NCBI GenBank assembly: GCA_046347845.1
Contig: JAXMFH010000006.1
Location: 48,482-112,481, forward strand
DNA length: 64,000 bases
Direction of reading: 5' to 3'
From: Burkholderiales bacterium
GTDB lineage: Bacteria > Pseudomonadota > Gammaproteobacteria > Burkholderiales > Casimicrobiaceae
Below are positions 46,305-56,004 of the stretch, piece by piece (position 1 is the stretch's first letter; each line of letters opens with the position of its first letter). The position numbers were made by a program, and so were the translations under genes. Under the pieces are notes generated by a model. The model searched no databases. It was given only the letters and a program-made list of their open reading frames with translations, and was not told where the DNA came from.

Positions 46305-48446
46305 TCACAGCGTCGCCAGCGCGTCCATCACGATCCGCGTCGTCAGAACCTCGGGCAGCAGCAAAGGTTCCCGGCCGGGCCGGTACAGCACGTAGACCGG
46401 GACGCCGTTGCGGCCCAGCGCCGCGAGCGCCCGCGTGATGTCCGCGTCGCGACGGGTCCAGTCGGCCCGGACCAGCGCGACCCTGCGCTCGGCGAACGCG
46501 CCCATCAGGCCCGGGTCGGACAGCACGAGCCGCTTGTTGACCTGGCAGGTGACGCACCAGGCGGCCGTGAAGTCGACGAACACGGGGCCGGCCGAGGCGA
46601 GCTCGGCGAGCTTCGCGGGCGAATAGCCCTGCCAGGGGCCGGATGCCGCCGGCTTCCCGCCGGAAGGCTCGGCGATGGCCGGCGCGGCGAGGGGCCGCGC
46701 CACGACGACCGCGCCGACCAGCGCCGCGAGCGCCAGGAGCTTCCAGACGCGCCTCGCCCCCAGCCGCGACACCTGCCACGCCCACAGCGCGAACGCCACC
46801 ACGACGAGCACGATCGCGAGGCGCAGCACCGCGTCGACGTCGAGCTGCGTGCCCAGCACCCACGCGAGCCATGCGACCGTCGCGTAGAGCGGGAATGCGA
46901 GCAGCTGCTTGAACCGCAGCATCCACGCGCCCGGCTTCGGCAGCGCGCGCCGCCACGCCGGGAACCACGCGAGCAGCACGTAGGGGAGCGCCATGCCGAC
47001 GCCCAGCGCGACGAACACCGCGATCGTCTCGATCGCCGGCTGCGAGAGCGCGAAGCCGAGCGCCGCACCCATGAACGGCGCCGTGCATGGCGACGCGATG
47101 ACGACGGCGAGCACGCCGGTGCCGAACGCGTCGAGCGTGCGGTTCTTCGACGTCCAGCTCCGCACCGACGCGGGCGCGAACTGGCCGAACTCGAACACAC
47201 CCGACAGGTTCAGGCCCAGGACGAAGAACAGCAGCGCGAGCAGCGTGACGACCACCGGCGACTGGAGCTGGAAGCCCCAGCCCAGCTGCTCGCCGGCCGA
47301 GCGCAGCGCGAGCATGACGAGCGCCAGCGCGACGAAGGTAACGAGCACGCCGGCGCCGTACGCGAGGCCCTCGCGGCGCATCGTCGCCCGCGAGTCGTGG
47401 TGCTCGGCGAAGCCCAGCACCTTGATCGACAGCACCGGCAGCACGCAGGGCATCAGGTTGAGGATCAGGCCGCCCAGGAAGGCCGCGAGCGCCGCGAGCA
47501 CGAGCGACATGGACGCGGCCGGCGCGGCCGGCGGGATCGCGAGCGAGGGCGCGGCGGCGTCGACCGGCTTCGGCCCGGCGACGACGCTGCCGGAGAGCGG
47601 CACGTCGAGCGTCGCGGCCTTCGCGCCGCCGATCCCGTTCGCCGCGGTCACGACGCCGGCGACGCGCGTGAACTCCGGGGCGAGCTGGTAGGCGACCGGG
47701 AGCGTGAGCACGTAGCGGTCGCCGTCGCGCGCGAGCGCCTGCGGCGCCGAGGCCTCGATGCGCCCCTCGTCGTACGGGAAGAAGTGCAGCTTGCCCGGGT
47801 CGGGCGCCCCGGCGGGCGGCGCGAGCGCGAGCCGCACGCGCTGGCCCTCGCCCACCGCCTCGGCGGTCCAGCCCGCGAGCGGCTTGGGCAGGGCGGCGAG
47901 CGTCGAGGCGATCGGCGCGCCCCACTTGGGGTGCGCCGCCGACGATGGCACGACCGGCAGCGAGAGCGTGAGGTCGGCCCCCTCCGGGATGCAGGTCTCC
48001 TTGCAGACCAGCCACTCGGCGCGTGCCGCGATGGCCAGCTCCGAGCCCGGCTTCGCGTCGGCGGGGATCGCGAGCGTCGAGGGCAGCAGCACCTCGCCCT
48101 CGAAGCCATAGTTGACGAGCGGCCCGGCCGGCAGCGCGTGCGGGGCCGGCCAGTCGATCGGGCCCGCCTTCACGCCGGGCGGGAGCTTCCAGTCGATCGT
48201 CGTCGGGAGCCCGGAGTCGCCGGGATTGCGCCAGTACGTGTGCCAGCCCTCCCGGTGCTGGAGGCGCAGCGCGACCGTGACCGGCTGGCCGGGCACCGCG
48301 GCCGTCGTAGCCGGGACGAGCTCCGCTTCGACGTTCGGGGTGCGCACCGGAGCCGCCCACGCGACCGACGCGAGCGCCGCCGCGGCCAGTGCGGCGGCGC
48401 CGATCCGAAGGGAGGCGCGTCGAGGACGGTCGGGCGACGAGGGCAT
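46305..48446 (-). CDS. thiol:disulfide interchange / electron transporter, DsbD (ScsB/DipZ-like) family
   Basis: Periplasmic N-domain, a CcdA-like TM core (LNLMPCVLPVLS...ASPCTAPF), and C-terminal thioredoxin (AAWCVTCQ). Confidence 0.85.
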   Translation of the reverse strand: MPSSPDRPRRASLRIGAAALAAAALASVAWAAPVRTPNVEAELVPATTAAVPGQPVTVALRLQHREGWHTYWRNPGDSGLPTTIDWKLPPGVKAGPIDWPAPHALPAGPLVNYGFEGEVLLPSTLAIPADAKPGSELAIAARAEWLVCKETCIPEGADLTLSLPVVPSSAAHPKWGAPIASTLAALPKPLAGWTAEAVGEGQRVRLALAPPAGAPDPGKLHFFPYDEGRIEASAPQALARDGDRYVLTLPVAYQLAPEFTRVAGVVTAANGIGGAKAATLDVPLSGSVVAGPKPVDAAAPSLAIPPAAPAASMSLVLAALAAFLGGLILNLMPCVLPVLSIKVLGFAEHHDSRATMRREGLAYGAGVLVTFVALALVMLALRSAGEQLGWGFQLQSPVVVTLLALLFFVLGLNLSGVFEFGQFAPASVRSWTSKNRTLDAFGTGVLAVVIASPCTAPFMGAALGFALSQPAIETIAVFVALGVGMALPYVLLAWFPAWRRALPKPGAWMLRFKQLLAFPLYATVAWLAWVLGTQLDVDAVLRLAIVLVVVAFALWAWQVSRLGARRVWKLLALAALVGAVVVARPLAAPAIAEPSGGKPAASGPWQGYSPAKLAELASAGPVFVDFTAAWCVTCQVNKRLVLSDPGLMGAFAERRVALVRADWTRRDADITRALAALGRNGVPVYVLYRPGREPLLLPEVLTTRIVMDALATL

Positions 48447-48590
48447 CGTGGTCGGGGCGCGGCCGGGGGAAGCCCCGGGGCGTGCCCGGGATAGAGCGGC
48501 CAACCGCCGGGGCGGTTCCCGCATTCCCGCGATTGTGCCACCCGGCCCCCCCGGTCCCGGCGACCCATCGGGCAGCCCGGGGCGCCCGTT

Positions 48591-48599
48591 TGGTAGAAT
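48591..48599 (+). promoter_or_regulatory. candidate extended -10 (TGgTAGAAT) driving the riboswitch leader
   Basis: AT-rich hexamer a few nt upstream of the riboswitch P1. Confidence 0.4.
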
Positions 48600-48602
48600 C
48601 CC

Positions 48603-48736
48603 CGCTCCTTTCGGGGAGTAGCCGCCCTCGCCCGTCCGCGAGGGGGGTGCGTCAACACACTTGGACCGCCGGGGGTTCGCCCGGCGCCATGGCGCAACCG
48701 GCGGCCGCGCGAGCGGCGCCTGGCGAGACCGGAGGC
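48603..48736 (+). promoter_or_regulatory. yybP-ykoY (Mn2+) riboswitch
   Basis: CUCC...GGGGAGUAGC, P2 hairpin CCCUCGC/GCGAGGG, GUCAACACAC, long P4, then GCGAGACCGGAG closing P1. It lies upstream of a GDT1/UPF0016 gene, a known association. Confidence 0.7.
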
Positions 48737-48808
48737 CCCGTGCGTCGACCGAGGGATCGGGCGGCCGTCCGGGCGCCTTCCGTCCTCGCCGCCCGATCCC
48801 CCGCCGCC

Positions 48809-49378
48809 ATGGAAGCCTTCCTCGTCTCCACCGGCGTCGTCGCGATCGGCGAGATCGGCGACAAGACGCAGCTCCTGTCCCTCGTGCTCGCCGCGCGCTT
48901 CCGGCGGCCCTGGCCGATCGTCGCGGGCATCCTCGTCGCGACGCTCGCCAACCACGCGCTCGCCGGCTGGATCGGCAACTGGGTGCGCGGAGTGGTCCCG
49001 GCCGACGTCCTGCGCTGGCTGCTGGCCGCCTCCTTCTTCGCGGTCGCGCTGTGGGCGCTCAAGCCCGACACCTTCGACGAGGACGAGGCGACGGTCCCGA
49101 AGGGCTGGGGCGTGTTCGGCGTGACGGTGGTCGCGTTCTTCCTGGCCGAGATGGGCGACAAGACGCAGGTCGCGACCGTCATGCTCGCGGCGAAGTTCGC
49201 GTCGCTCCCCGCCGTCGTGCTGGGCACGACGCTGGGCATGCTGCTCGCGAACGTGCCGGTCGTGTTCGCCGGCAAGCTCGCGGCGGACCGCGTCCCGTTC
49301 AAGGCGATCCGGATCGTCGCGGCGGCGATCTTCGGCGCGATCGGGCTCTGGGTGCTCGTCGCCGGGATTCCTGGCTGA
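48809..49378 (+). CDS. GDT1/TMEM165 (UPF0016) family cation (Mn2+/Ca2+) transporter
   Basis: Two E-x-G-D-K-T motifs (EIGDKTQ, EMGDKTQ). 6 TM. Confidence 0.85.
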   Translation: MEAFLVSTGVVAIGEIGDKTQLLSLVLAARFRRPWPIVAGILVATLANHALAGWIGNWVRGVVPADVLRWLLAASFFAVALWALKPDTFDEDEATVPKGWGVFGVTVVAFFLAEMGDKTQVATVMLAAKFASLPAVVLGTTLGMLLANVPVVFAGKLAADRVPFKAIRIVAAAIFGAIGLWVLVAGIPG

Positions 49379-49455
49379 TGGCCCGCGCCGCCGTCCTTTA
49401 GAATCGGCCCCTTCGGCGCGACGTGCGCGCCCGGCGCCCGCCCGACCCGACCGCC

Positions 49456-52146
49456 ATGGCCTCCGAACCGCAGACCTACGACCCGAAATCGATCGAGTCC
49501 GACGCGCACGCCGCGTGGGACGCGCAGGACGCCTACCGCGCGCCCGACGACGACGCGCGCCACCCGAAGGGCAAGTTCTACTGCGTGTCGATGCTGCCCT
49601 ACCCGTCGGGGCGGCTCCACATGGGGCACGTGCGCAACTACACGATCAACGACGTGATGGCGCGGCACCTGCGGATGCGCGGCTACAACGTGCTGATGCC
49701 GATGGGCTGGGACGCGTTCGGGCTGCCGGCCGAGAACGCCGCGATGAAGAGCGGCCAGCCGCCCGCGAAGTGGACCTACGAGAACATCGCCTACATGAAG
49801 AAGCAGATGCAGGCGATGGGGCTCGCGATCGACTGGTCGCGCGAGATCGCCGCCTGCGATCCCGCGTACTACCGGTGGAACCAGTGGCTGTTCCTGAAGA
49901 TGCTGGAGCGCGGCGTCGCCTACCGGAAGACGCAGGTCGTCAACTGGGACCCGGTCGACCAGACCGTGCTCGCGAACGAGCAGGTGATCGACGGGCGCGG
50001 CTGGCGCACGGGCGCGATCGTCGAGAAGCGCGAGATTCCCGGCTACTACCTGAAGATCACCGACTACGCCGAGGAGCTCCTCGCGTCGCTCGACCGGCTG
50101 GACGGCTGGCCCGAGCGCGTGAAGACGATGCAGGCGAACTGGATCGGCAAGAGCCAGGGCGTGCGCTTCGCCTTCCCCTATGCCGAAGGGAAGAATCCCC
50201 CCTCTCCCCCCGGGAGAGGGGCGGGGGTGAGGGCGCCGGCTACCGCTCAGGAAGCCCACGAGGCCGGGCTGCTCTACGTGTTCACGACGCGCGCCGACAC
50301 CATCATGGGCGTGACCTTCGTCGCCGTCGCCCCCGAGCACCCCCTCGCCACGGTCGCTGCCGAGCGCTCGCCCCGCGTGCACGAGTTCGTCGAGAAGGCG
50401 CGCCGCGGCTCGGTGATGGAGGCCGACGTCGCGACGATGGAGAAGGAGGGCGTGCCGACCGGGCTGTACGTGACGCACCCGCTCACCGGTGCCGAGGTCG
50501 AGGTGTGGGTCGGCAACTACGTGCTGATGAGCTACGGTGACGGCGCGGTGATGGGCGTGCCCGCGCACGACGAGCGCGACTTCGCGTTCGCGCGCAAGTA
50601 CGGGCTCCCGATCCGGCAGGTGGTCGCGGTCGACGGCGAGACGTTCGACGACACGCGCTGGCAGCCGTGGTACGAGGACAAGGCGCGCGGGCGCTGCGTG
50701 CACTCCGGCCCGTACGACGGGCTCGCCTACGGCCCGGCCGTCGACGCGATCGCGGCCGACCTCGCCGCGAAGGGGCTGGGCGAGAAGAAGGTGACGTACC
50801 GGTTGCGCGACTGGGGCGTCTCGCGCCAGCGCTACTGGGGCACGCCGATCCCGATCATCCACTGCGACGCCTGCGGATCGGTGCCGGTGCCCGAGCGCGA
50901 CCTCCCGGTCGTGCTGCCCGAGGACTGCGTGCCCGACGGCAGCGGCAACCCGCTCGCGAAGCGCGAGGACTTCCTCGCCGTCGACTGCCCGTGCTGCGGG
51001 AAGCCCGCGCGCCGCGAGACCGACACGCTGGACACGTTCGTCGACTCGTCCTGGTACTACATGCGCTACGCGTGCCCGGACGCGGAGACGATGGTCGACG
51101 CGCGCACCGACCACTGGATGCCGATGGACCAGTACATCGGCGGCATCGAGCACGCGATCCTGCACCTGCTCTACGCGCGGTTCTGGACCAAGGTGATGCG
51201 CGACATGGGGCTCGTGACCTTCGACGAGCCGTTCACGCGCCTGCTCACGCAGGGGATGGTGCTCAACCACAGCTGGTACACGCGGAACGACAAGGGCGGC
51301 ATGGAGTACCACCCGCCCGCCGAGGTCACGCCGATCGTCGGCGAGGACGGACGCATCGCGGGCGGCCGGCTCGCCGACGGCACGGGCGTCGAGTACGGCG
51401 GCGTCTCGAAGATGTCGAAGTCGGAGAAGAACGGCGTCGACCCCGAGGACCTGATCGAGCGGTACGGCGCGGACACGGCGCGCCACTTCGTCATGTTCGC
51501 CTCGCCGCCGGAGGCGACGCTCGAGTGGTCGGACACCGGCGTCGAGGGCAGCTACCGGTTCCTCAGGCGCCTGTGGGCGTACGCGCAGGGCAAGCTCGTC
51601 GTCGTGCGAGGCTCCGATCGCGTGCCCGCGGGCACCGGCGCGGGCGAGGCCGCGAAGGCGGCGCGCCGCGAGGTCCACCTCGCGCTCCGGCAGGCGAACT
51701 ACGACTACGAGCGCGTCCAGTACAACACGGTCGTATCCGCCGGCTACAAGATGCTGAACGCGCTGGATGCGCTGTCGGTCGACGCGCCGGGCGCCGAGCC
51801 GGTCGTCCGCGAGGGCCTCTCGATCCTGCTGCGCGTGCTCTACCCGGTCGTGCCGCACGTCACCTGGGCGCTGTGGCGCGACCTGGGGTACGCGGAGGAG
51901 CTGGGGGACCTGCTCGACGCGCCGTGGCCCGAGGTCGACGAGGGCGCGCTCGCGCAGGACGCGATCGAGCTCGTGCTCCAGGTCAACGGCAAGCTGCGCG
52001 GCAAGCTCGTCGTGCCCGCGACCGCCGATCGCGCGGCGATCGAGGCGGCGGCGCGCGCGAGCGAGGACGTCGCGAGGCACGCGGGCGGCGCGGCGGTGAA
52101 GAAGGTGATCGTCGTGCCCGGGCGCCTCGTGAACGTGGTGATCTGA
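49456..52146 (+). CDS. leuS: leucine--tRNA ligase
   Basis: HMGHVRNY (HIGH), KMSKS, editing-domain TTRADT. It carries an extra hairpin-derived segment at 50190-50240. Confidence 0.95.
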   Translation: MASEPQTYDPKSIESDAHAAWDAQDAYRAPDDDARHPKGKFYCVSMLPYPSGRLHMGHVRNYTINDVMARHLRMRGYNVLMPMGWDAFGLPAENAAMKSGQPPAKWTYENIAYMKKQMQAMGLAIDWSREIAACDPAYYRWNQWLFLKMLERGVAYRKTQVVNWDPVDQTVLANEQVIDGRGWRTGAIVEKREIPGYYLKITDYAEELLASLDRLDGWPERVKTMQANWIGKSQGVRFAFPYAEGKNPPSPPGRGAGVRAPATAQEAHEAGLLYVFTTRADTIMGVTFVAVAPEHPLATVAAERSPRVHEFVEKARRGSVMEADVATMEKEGVPTGLYVTHPLTGAEVEVWVGNYVLMSYGDGAVMGVPAHDERDFAFARKYGLPIRQVVAVDGETFDDTRWQPWYEDKARGRCVHSGPYDGLAYGPAVDAIAADLAAKGLGEKKVTYRLRDWGVSRQRYWGTPIPIIHCDACGSVPVPERDLPVVLPEDCVPDGSGNPLAKREDFLAVDCPCCGKPARRETDTLDTFVDSSWYYMRYACPDAETMVDARTDHWMPMDQYIGGIEHAILHLLYARFWTKVMRDMGLVTFDEPFTRLLTQGMVLNHSWYTRNDKGGMEYHPPAEVTPIVGEDGRIAGGRLADGTGVEYGGVSKMSKSEKNGVDPEDLIERYGADTARHFVMFASPPEATLEWSDTGVEGSYRFLRRLWAYAQGKLVVVRGSDRVPAGTGAGEAAKAARREVHLALRQANYDYERVQYNTVVSAGYKMLNALDALSVDAPGAEPVVREGLSILLRVLYPVVPHVTWALWRDLGYAEELGDLLDAPWPEVDEGALAQDAIELVLQVNGKLRGKLVVPATADRAAIEAAARASEDVARHAGGAAVKKVIVVPGRLVNVVI
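50199..50221. repeat. REP-like hairpin CCCCTCTCCC-CCC-GGGAGAGGGG inside leuS
   Basis: 10-bp perfect stem with a 3-nt loop, followed by GCGGGGGTGAGGGCG. Translated in frame as [13 protein letters not shown]. Confidence 0.7.
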
Positions 52147-52148
52147 AC

Positions 52149-52649
52149 GTGCGCCCTACCCGCCGTTCGACGGTGCTGGGCGCGCTCGCGCTCGCGGCCT
52201 CGCTCGCCTCCTGCGGCTTCCAGCTCCGCGGCACGGCGAACTACACGTTCGAGTCGATCTACGTCGGCGCGCCGCCGGCGCTGCCGTTCACGATCGAGCT
52301 CAAGCGCGCGCTCGCCGGCGGCGGCAACGCGAAGGTGCTGGACGCGCCGACCGGCGCGCAGGTGATCCTCGACATCTCGACGATCGCCGACGACAAGGCG
52401 GTGCTCTCGCTGTCGCCGGGCGGCCGCGCGCGCGAGTTCGTGCTCACCAAGCGCGTAGCGTTCACGCTGCGCGACCCCGAGGGCAACGTCTGGCTGCCGC
52501 TCGACGAGATCACGGTCCGACGCACCTACACGTACGACGACACCGAGCGGCTCGCCCGCGAGATCCAGGAGCAGCGGCTGCTCGTCGAGATGCAGACCGA
52601 CGCGGTCAGCCAGCTCGTGCGGCGCCTGCAGGCGGCGAAGAAGCCGTGA
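52149..52649 (+). CDS. lptE: LPS-assembly lipoprotein LptE
   Basis: Lipobox LASCGFQLRG. Conserved position between leuS and holA. Confidence 0.85.
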   Translation: MRPTRRSTVLGALALAASLASCGFQLRGTANYTFESIYVGAPPALPFTIELKRALAGGGNAKVLDAPTGAQVILDISTIADDKAVLSLSPGGRAREFVLTKRVAFTLRDPEGNVWLPLDEITVRRTYTYDDTERLAREIQEQRLLVEMQTDAVSQLVRRLQAAKKP

Positions 52650-53686
52650 CGCAGGTCAAGCTCGACGCGCTCGCCGCGCACCTCGAGCGCAGGCTCGCGC
52701 CGCTCTACGTGATCCACGGCGACGAGCCGCTGCTCGCGCTCGAGGCCGGCGACGCGGTCCGCGCGGCGGCGCGGCGGGCCGGCTGCGAGGAGCGCGAGGT
52801 GTTCGTCGTCGAGCCCCAGTTCCGCTGGGACGCGTTCCTCGCGAACAACGCGAACCTCGGCCTGTTCGGCTCGCGCCGCCTGGTCGACCTGCGCATCCCG
52901 ACCGGCAAGCCGGGCGTCGAGGGCGCGAAGGCGCTCGAGGCGTACGCGACGAATCCGAATCCCGACAACGTGACGGTCGTCACGCTGCCGAAGCTCGACA
53001 AGGCCGCGCAGTCGTCCGCGTGGTTCGCGGCGCTCGCGGGCGCGGGCGTCGAGGTCCCGGTCTGGCCGGTATCGCGCGAGGAGCTGCCGCGCTGGATCTC
53101 GCAGCGGCTCGCGCGACAGGGGCAGAAGGCCTCGCCCGACACGCTCGCGTTCCTCGCCGAGGCGAGCGAGGGCAACCTGCTCGCCGCCCGCCAGGAGATC
53201 GAGAAGCTCGCGCTGCTGCTGCCGGCGGGCGCGCTCGACCACGACGCGGTGGTCGACGCGGTCGCGGACGTCGCGCGCTACGACGTCGCGGCGCTGTCGG
53301 AGGCCTGGCTCGCGGGGGACGCTCCGCGCGCTTTGCGCATCCTCGACGTGCTTCGCGCCGAGGGCGAGTCGCCGGTGCTGCCGGTCTGGCAGCTCTCCGA
53401 GGACGTGCACGCGCTCGCGCTCGTGCAGGGCCTCGTCGGACAGGGCGTGGCGGCCGGCAACGCCGTGCGCCAGGCGCGCGTGTGGGGCCGGCGCGCGGCC
53501 GCGATGGAGCGCGCCGCCCAGCGCATCCCGAAGAGCGTCGCGCCCTCGCTCGTCCCCGAGCTCGCGCGGCTCGACGCGCTGTCGAAGGGGCTCGGGCGCG
53601 AGGATCCGTGGGACGAGCTCGGCGCGGTCGCGCTCGTGCTCGCCGGGAAGCCCGCGCGGCCGCTCGCGAGTTCCGCGTCGCGCTGA
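52646..53686 (+). CDS. holA: DNA polymerase III delta subunit
   Basis: LAPLYVIHGDEPLL...EGNLLAARQEIEKL. Synteny leuS-lptE-holA. Confidence 0.9.
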   Translation: MTQVKLDALAAHLERRLAPLYVIHGDEPLLALEAGDAVRAAARRAGCEEREVFVVEPQFRWDAFLANNANLGLFGSRRLVDLRIPTGKPGVEGAKALEAYATNPNPDNVTVVTLPKLDKAAQSSAWFAALAGAGVEVPVWPVSREELPRWISQRLARQGQKASPDTLAFLAEASEGNLLAARQEIEKLALLLPAGALDHDAVVDAVADVARYDVAALSEAWLAGDAPRALRILDVLRAEGESPVLPVWQLSEDVHALALVQGLVGQGVAAGNAVRQARVWGRRAAAMERAAQRIPKSVAPSLVPELARLDALSKGLGREDPWDELGAVALVLAGKPARPLASSASR

Positions 53687-53703
53687 CGATCGCAGCGGAA
53701 AGC

Positions 53704-53721
53704 GTCGGGCTGAAGCCCGAC
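53704..53721. terminator. hairpin GTCGGGC-TGAA-GCCCGAC between convergent holA and rsmE
   Basis: 7-bp stem. A related GTCGGGCTGAAAC motif recurs at 62711. Confidence 0.35.
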
Positions 53722-53744
53722 CCGCAGGAGGGCGGCGATCGTGG

Positions 53745-53762
53745 GTCGGCCTACAGGCCGAC
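53745..53762. terminator. hairpin GTCGGCC-TACA-GGCCGAC between convergent holA and rsmE
   Basis: 7-bp stem adjacent to the rsmE stop. Confidence 0.35.
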
Positions 53763-53773
53763 GCCCTCCATGG

Positions 53774-54502
53774 CTACCCGAGGTCTCCGCGCAGCGCCTG
53801 CAGCGCGGCGAGCGCCGCGACGCACGCGGTCTCGGCCTTCATCACGCGCGGCCCCATCGTCACCGCGCGCATCCCCGCCCGCTTCGCCGCGGCGATCTCC
53901 GCCGCGTCGAGGCCGCCTTCGGGGCCGACGAGCACGTCGATCGCGTCGACGGCGCCGATGCCGGCGAGCGGCGCGTGGCCTCCCGGCGCGAGCACGATGC
54001 CCGGGCGGGCGGCGTCGCGCGTCCCGAGCCAGGCCGCGAGCGGCTGCGGAAGCCCGATCGGCGGGACGCGGTTGCGCCCGCACTGCTCGCACGCCGCGAC
54101 CGCGATCCGGCGCCAGTGCTCGACGCGCCGGTCGCCGCGCAGGGCTCCCTGCGAACGCGCGGCGACGACCGGCACGATCGCAGCGGCGCCGAGCTCGACC
54201 GCCTTGCGCACCGCGTAGTCCATCGCGTCGGTCGCGAGCGTCGAGACGACGAGCGTCGCCGCGAGCGGCGACTCGCGCTCGACCGGATCGTGCGCCTCGA
54301 CAGCGACCGACGCGCCGCGTCGGCCCGCCACTGCGATCGTCGCTCGCCACTCGCCGCCCGTCCCGTCGAACAGCGTCAGCGCCTCGCCGTCGCGCAGCCG
54401 CAGCACGCGCAGCGCGTGGTGCGCGGCGGCCCCGGGCAGCTCGATCGACGCGCCCGCCGCGAGCGCGACCTCGGCCGGATCGAGGTAGAGGCGCGCGGTC
54501 AC
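53774..54502 (-). CDS. rsmE: 16S rRNA (uracil1498-N3)-methyltransferase RsmE
   Basis: RLYLDP...HHALRVLRLRDGE...LVGPEGGL...MGPRVMKAETA. GTG start at 54502. Confidence 0.85.
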   Translation of the reverse strand: MTARLYLDPAEVALAAGASIELPGAAAHHALRVLRLRDGEALTLFDGTGGEWRATIAVAGRRGASVAVEAHDPVERESPLAATLVVSTLATDAMDYAVRKAVELGAAAIVPVVAARSQGALRGDRRVEHWRRIAVAACEQCGRNRVPPIGLPQPLAAWLGTRDAARPGIVLAPGGHAPLAGIGAVDAIDVLVGPEGGLDAAEIAAAKRAGMRAVTMGPRVMKAETACVAALAALQALRGDLG

Positions 54503-55338
54503 GGCGCGACGAAGTCGTAGCCGACCGTCTCGTCCACCGGCCGGTAGCCGACCCGCGCGTAGATCGCGTTCGACACCGGGTTGGCGACGTCGGTCGACAG
54601 GAACACGTCCTGCGCGCCGCGCTCGAGCAGCTCGAGCGAGGCCACCGCCACGAGCGCCGTCGCGTACCCTCGCCCGCGCGAGGCCGGCGGCGTGTAGACC
54701 GGGCCGATGCGCGCGTATCCGCCGTCGACCAGCGTCGCGCCCAGGAACGACACGATCGCCGGGTCCTCCCACAGCCGGTAGCGGCCCTCGGCGAGCCGTT
54801 CGCGCACCATCCGCGCGGTGCCCTGGGGGGCGGGCGGCGCCTTCGCCTCGACGACGAACGCGTCGATCGCGTCCACGATCCAGTCGCGGTCGCGCTCGAC
54901 CGCGATCCGCATCGCGCCCGACGGGATGTCGACCTCGTGGAGCGCCACGAGCCGGTGGTGGCGCAGCCGCATGCGCTCGACCGCCGCGCGCCCGGTGCGC
55001 TCGCGCCACGCCTGCGCGAAGGCCGCGCACGCCGACTCGCCGCCGACGACGCCGGTCACCTCGTGGCCGAGGTCGGCGAGCGCGTGCGCGAGCTCCCGCG
55101 CCGCCCCCGGATCGCTGTGCTCGAGCAGGAGGTCGTTCGGCCCGTGACGGATCGCGAGCGCACGCGCGCCGTCCGACTCGACCGTCGCGAGCACGAGCGG
55201 CGCGCCCTCCGCGGGCGGGTGTCGCGCGAGGTTCGCGCACAGGATCGCGACGAGCGCCTCCGAGCAGGGCGAGCGCGACGCGACCTCGCGCGCGGCCGCC
55301 GCGAACGCGGCCGGATCGGTGTGGAACGTGACGGCCAC
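54499..55338 (-). CDS. GNAT family N-acetyltransferase (start uncertain)
   Basis: C-terminal acetyl-CoA motif RGRGYATALVAVASLELLERG. GTG 55338 was chosen because ATG 55407 would overlap the divergent gene's start. Confidence 0.65.
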   Translation of the reverse strand: MAVTFHTDPAAFAAAAREVASRSPCSEALVAILCANLARHPPAEGAPLVLATVESDGARALAIRHGPNDLLLEHSDPGAARELAHALADLGHEVTGVVGGESACAAFAQAWRERTGRAAVERMRLRHHRLVALHEVDIPSGAMRIAVERDRDWIVDAIDAFVVEAKAPPAPQGTARMVRERLAEGRYRLWEDPAIVSFLGATLVDGGYARIGPVYTPPASRGRGYATALVAVASLELLERGAQDVFLSTDVANPVSNAIYARVGYRPVDETVGYDFVAP

Positions 55339-55362
55339 GGCGGTGTCGGCTCGATTCGAGGG

Positions 55363-55371
55363 TGCTAGGAT
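55363..55371 (+). promoter_or_regulatory. candidate extended -10 (TGcTAGGAT) for the thioredoxin-fold gene
   Basis: 35 nt upstream of ATG 55406. AGGAG SD at 55392-55396. Confidence 0.35.
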
Positions 55372-55405
55372 TCTGCCACGACGCTCGCGAAGGAGACGAA
55401 GAGCC

Positions 55406-55957
55406 ATGGTGAGCCTCCACACGCCCCCCGGCGCCCTGGGCTCGAAGGCGCCGCCGTTCGACCTGCCGGGCACCGACGGCAGGCGGCACACGCTCGAGTC
55501 GGTGCGCGGTCCGAACGGCCTGGTCGTGATGTTCATCTGCAACCATTGCCCTTACGTGAAGGCGGTGATCGACAAGATCCCGCGCGACATGCGCGACCTC
55601 GCGGCGGTCGGCGTCGGCGCGGTCGCGATCATGAGCAACGACCCGGCCGCCTACCCCGAGGACTCGTTCGAGAACATGAAGGTCGTGGCGCGGCGCCACG
55701 GCTTCGGTTTCCCGTACCTGTACGACGAGACGCAGGACGTCGCGCGCGCCTACGGCGCGGTCTGCACGCCCGACCTCTTCGGCTACGACCGCGACCTCAC
55801 GCTCGTCTATCGCGGGAGGCTCGACGACGCAGGGCGCACGCCGCGCGAAGGCAACCGGCGCGACCTGGTCGAGGCGATGCGGGCGGTGGCGGGCGGCAAG
55901 CCGGCGCCCGCCGAGCAGTTCGCGTCGATCGGCTGCTCGATCAAGTGGCGCAATTGA
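55406..55957 (+). CDS. thioredoxin-fold (AhpC/TSA-like) protein
   Basis: VVMFICNHCPYVKA redox motif. Confidence 0.85.
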   Translation: MVSLHTPPGALGSKAPPFDLPGTDGRRHTLESVRGPNGLVVMFICNHCPYVKAVIDKIPRDMRDLAAVGVGAVAIMSNDPAAYPEDSFENMKVVARRHGFGFPYLYDETQDVARAYGAVCTPDLFGYDRDLTLVYRGRLDDAGRTPREGNRRDLVEAMRAVAGGKPAPAEQFASIGCSIKWRN

Positions 55958-55986
55958 TCCCCCCGAAGCGCGCGTAGCGCGCCTCC
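55956..55986 (-). repeat. solitary half unit of family A
   Basis: GATCCCCCCGAAGCGCGCGTAGCGCGCCTCC has the same architecture as the reverse-complemented array unit. It overlaps the stop codon at 55955-55957. Confidence 0.6.
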
Positions 55987-56004
55987 GCGAGCGCGAGCCG
56001 CGGT

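Noticed and set aside
48652-52080. 1142-aa ORF on the minus strand
   Set aside because: It is antisense to the GDT1-family gene and leuS. The translation is R/A/G/D/V low-complexity with no motifs, so it is a shadow ORF.
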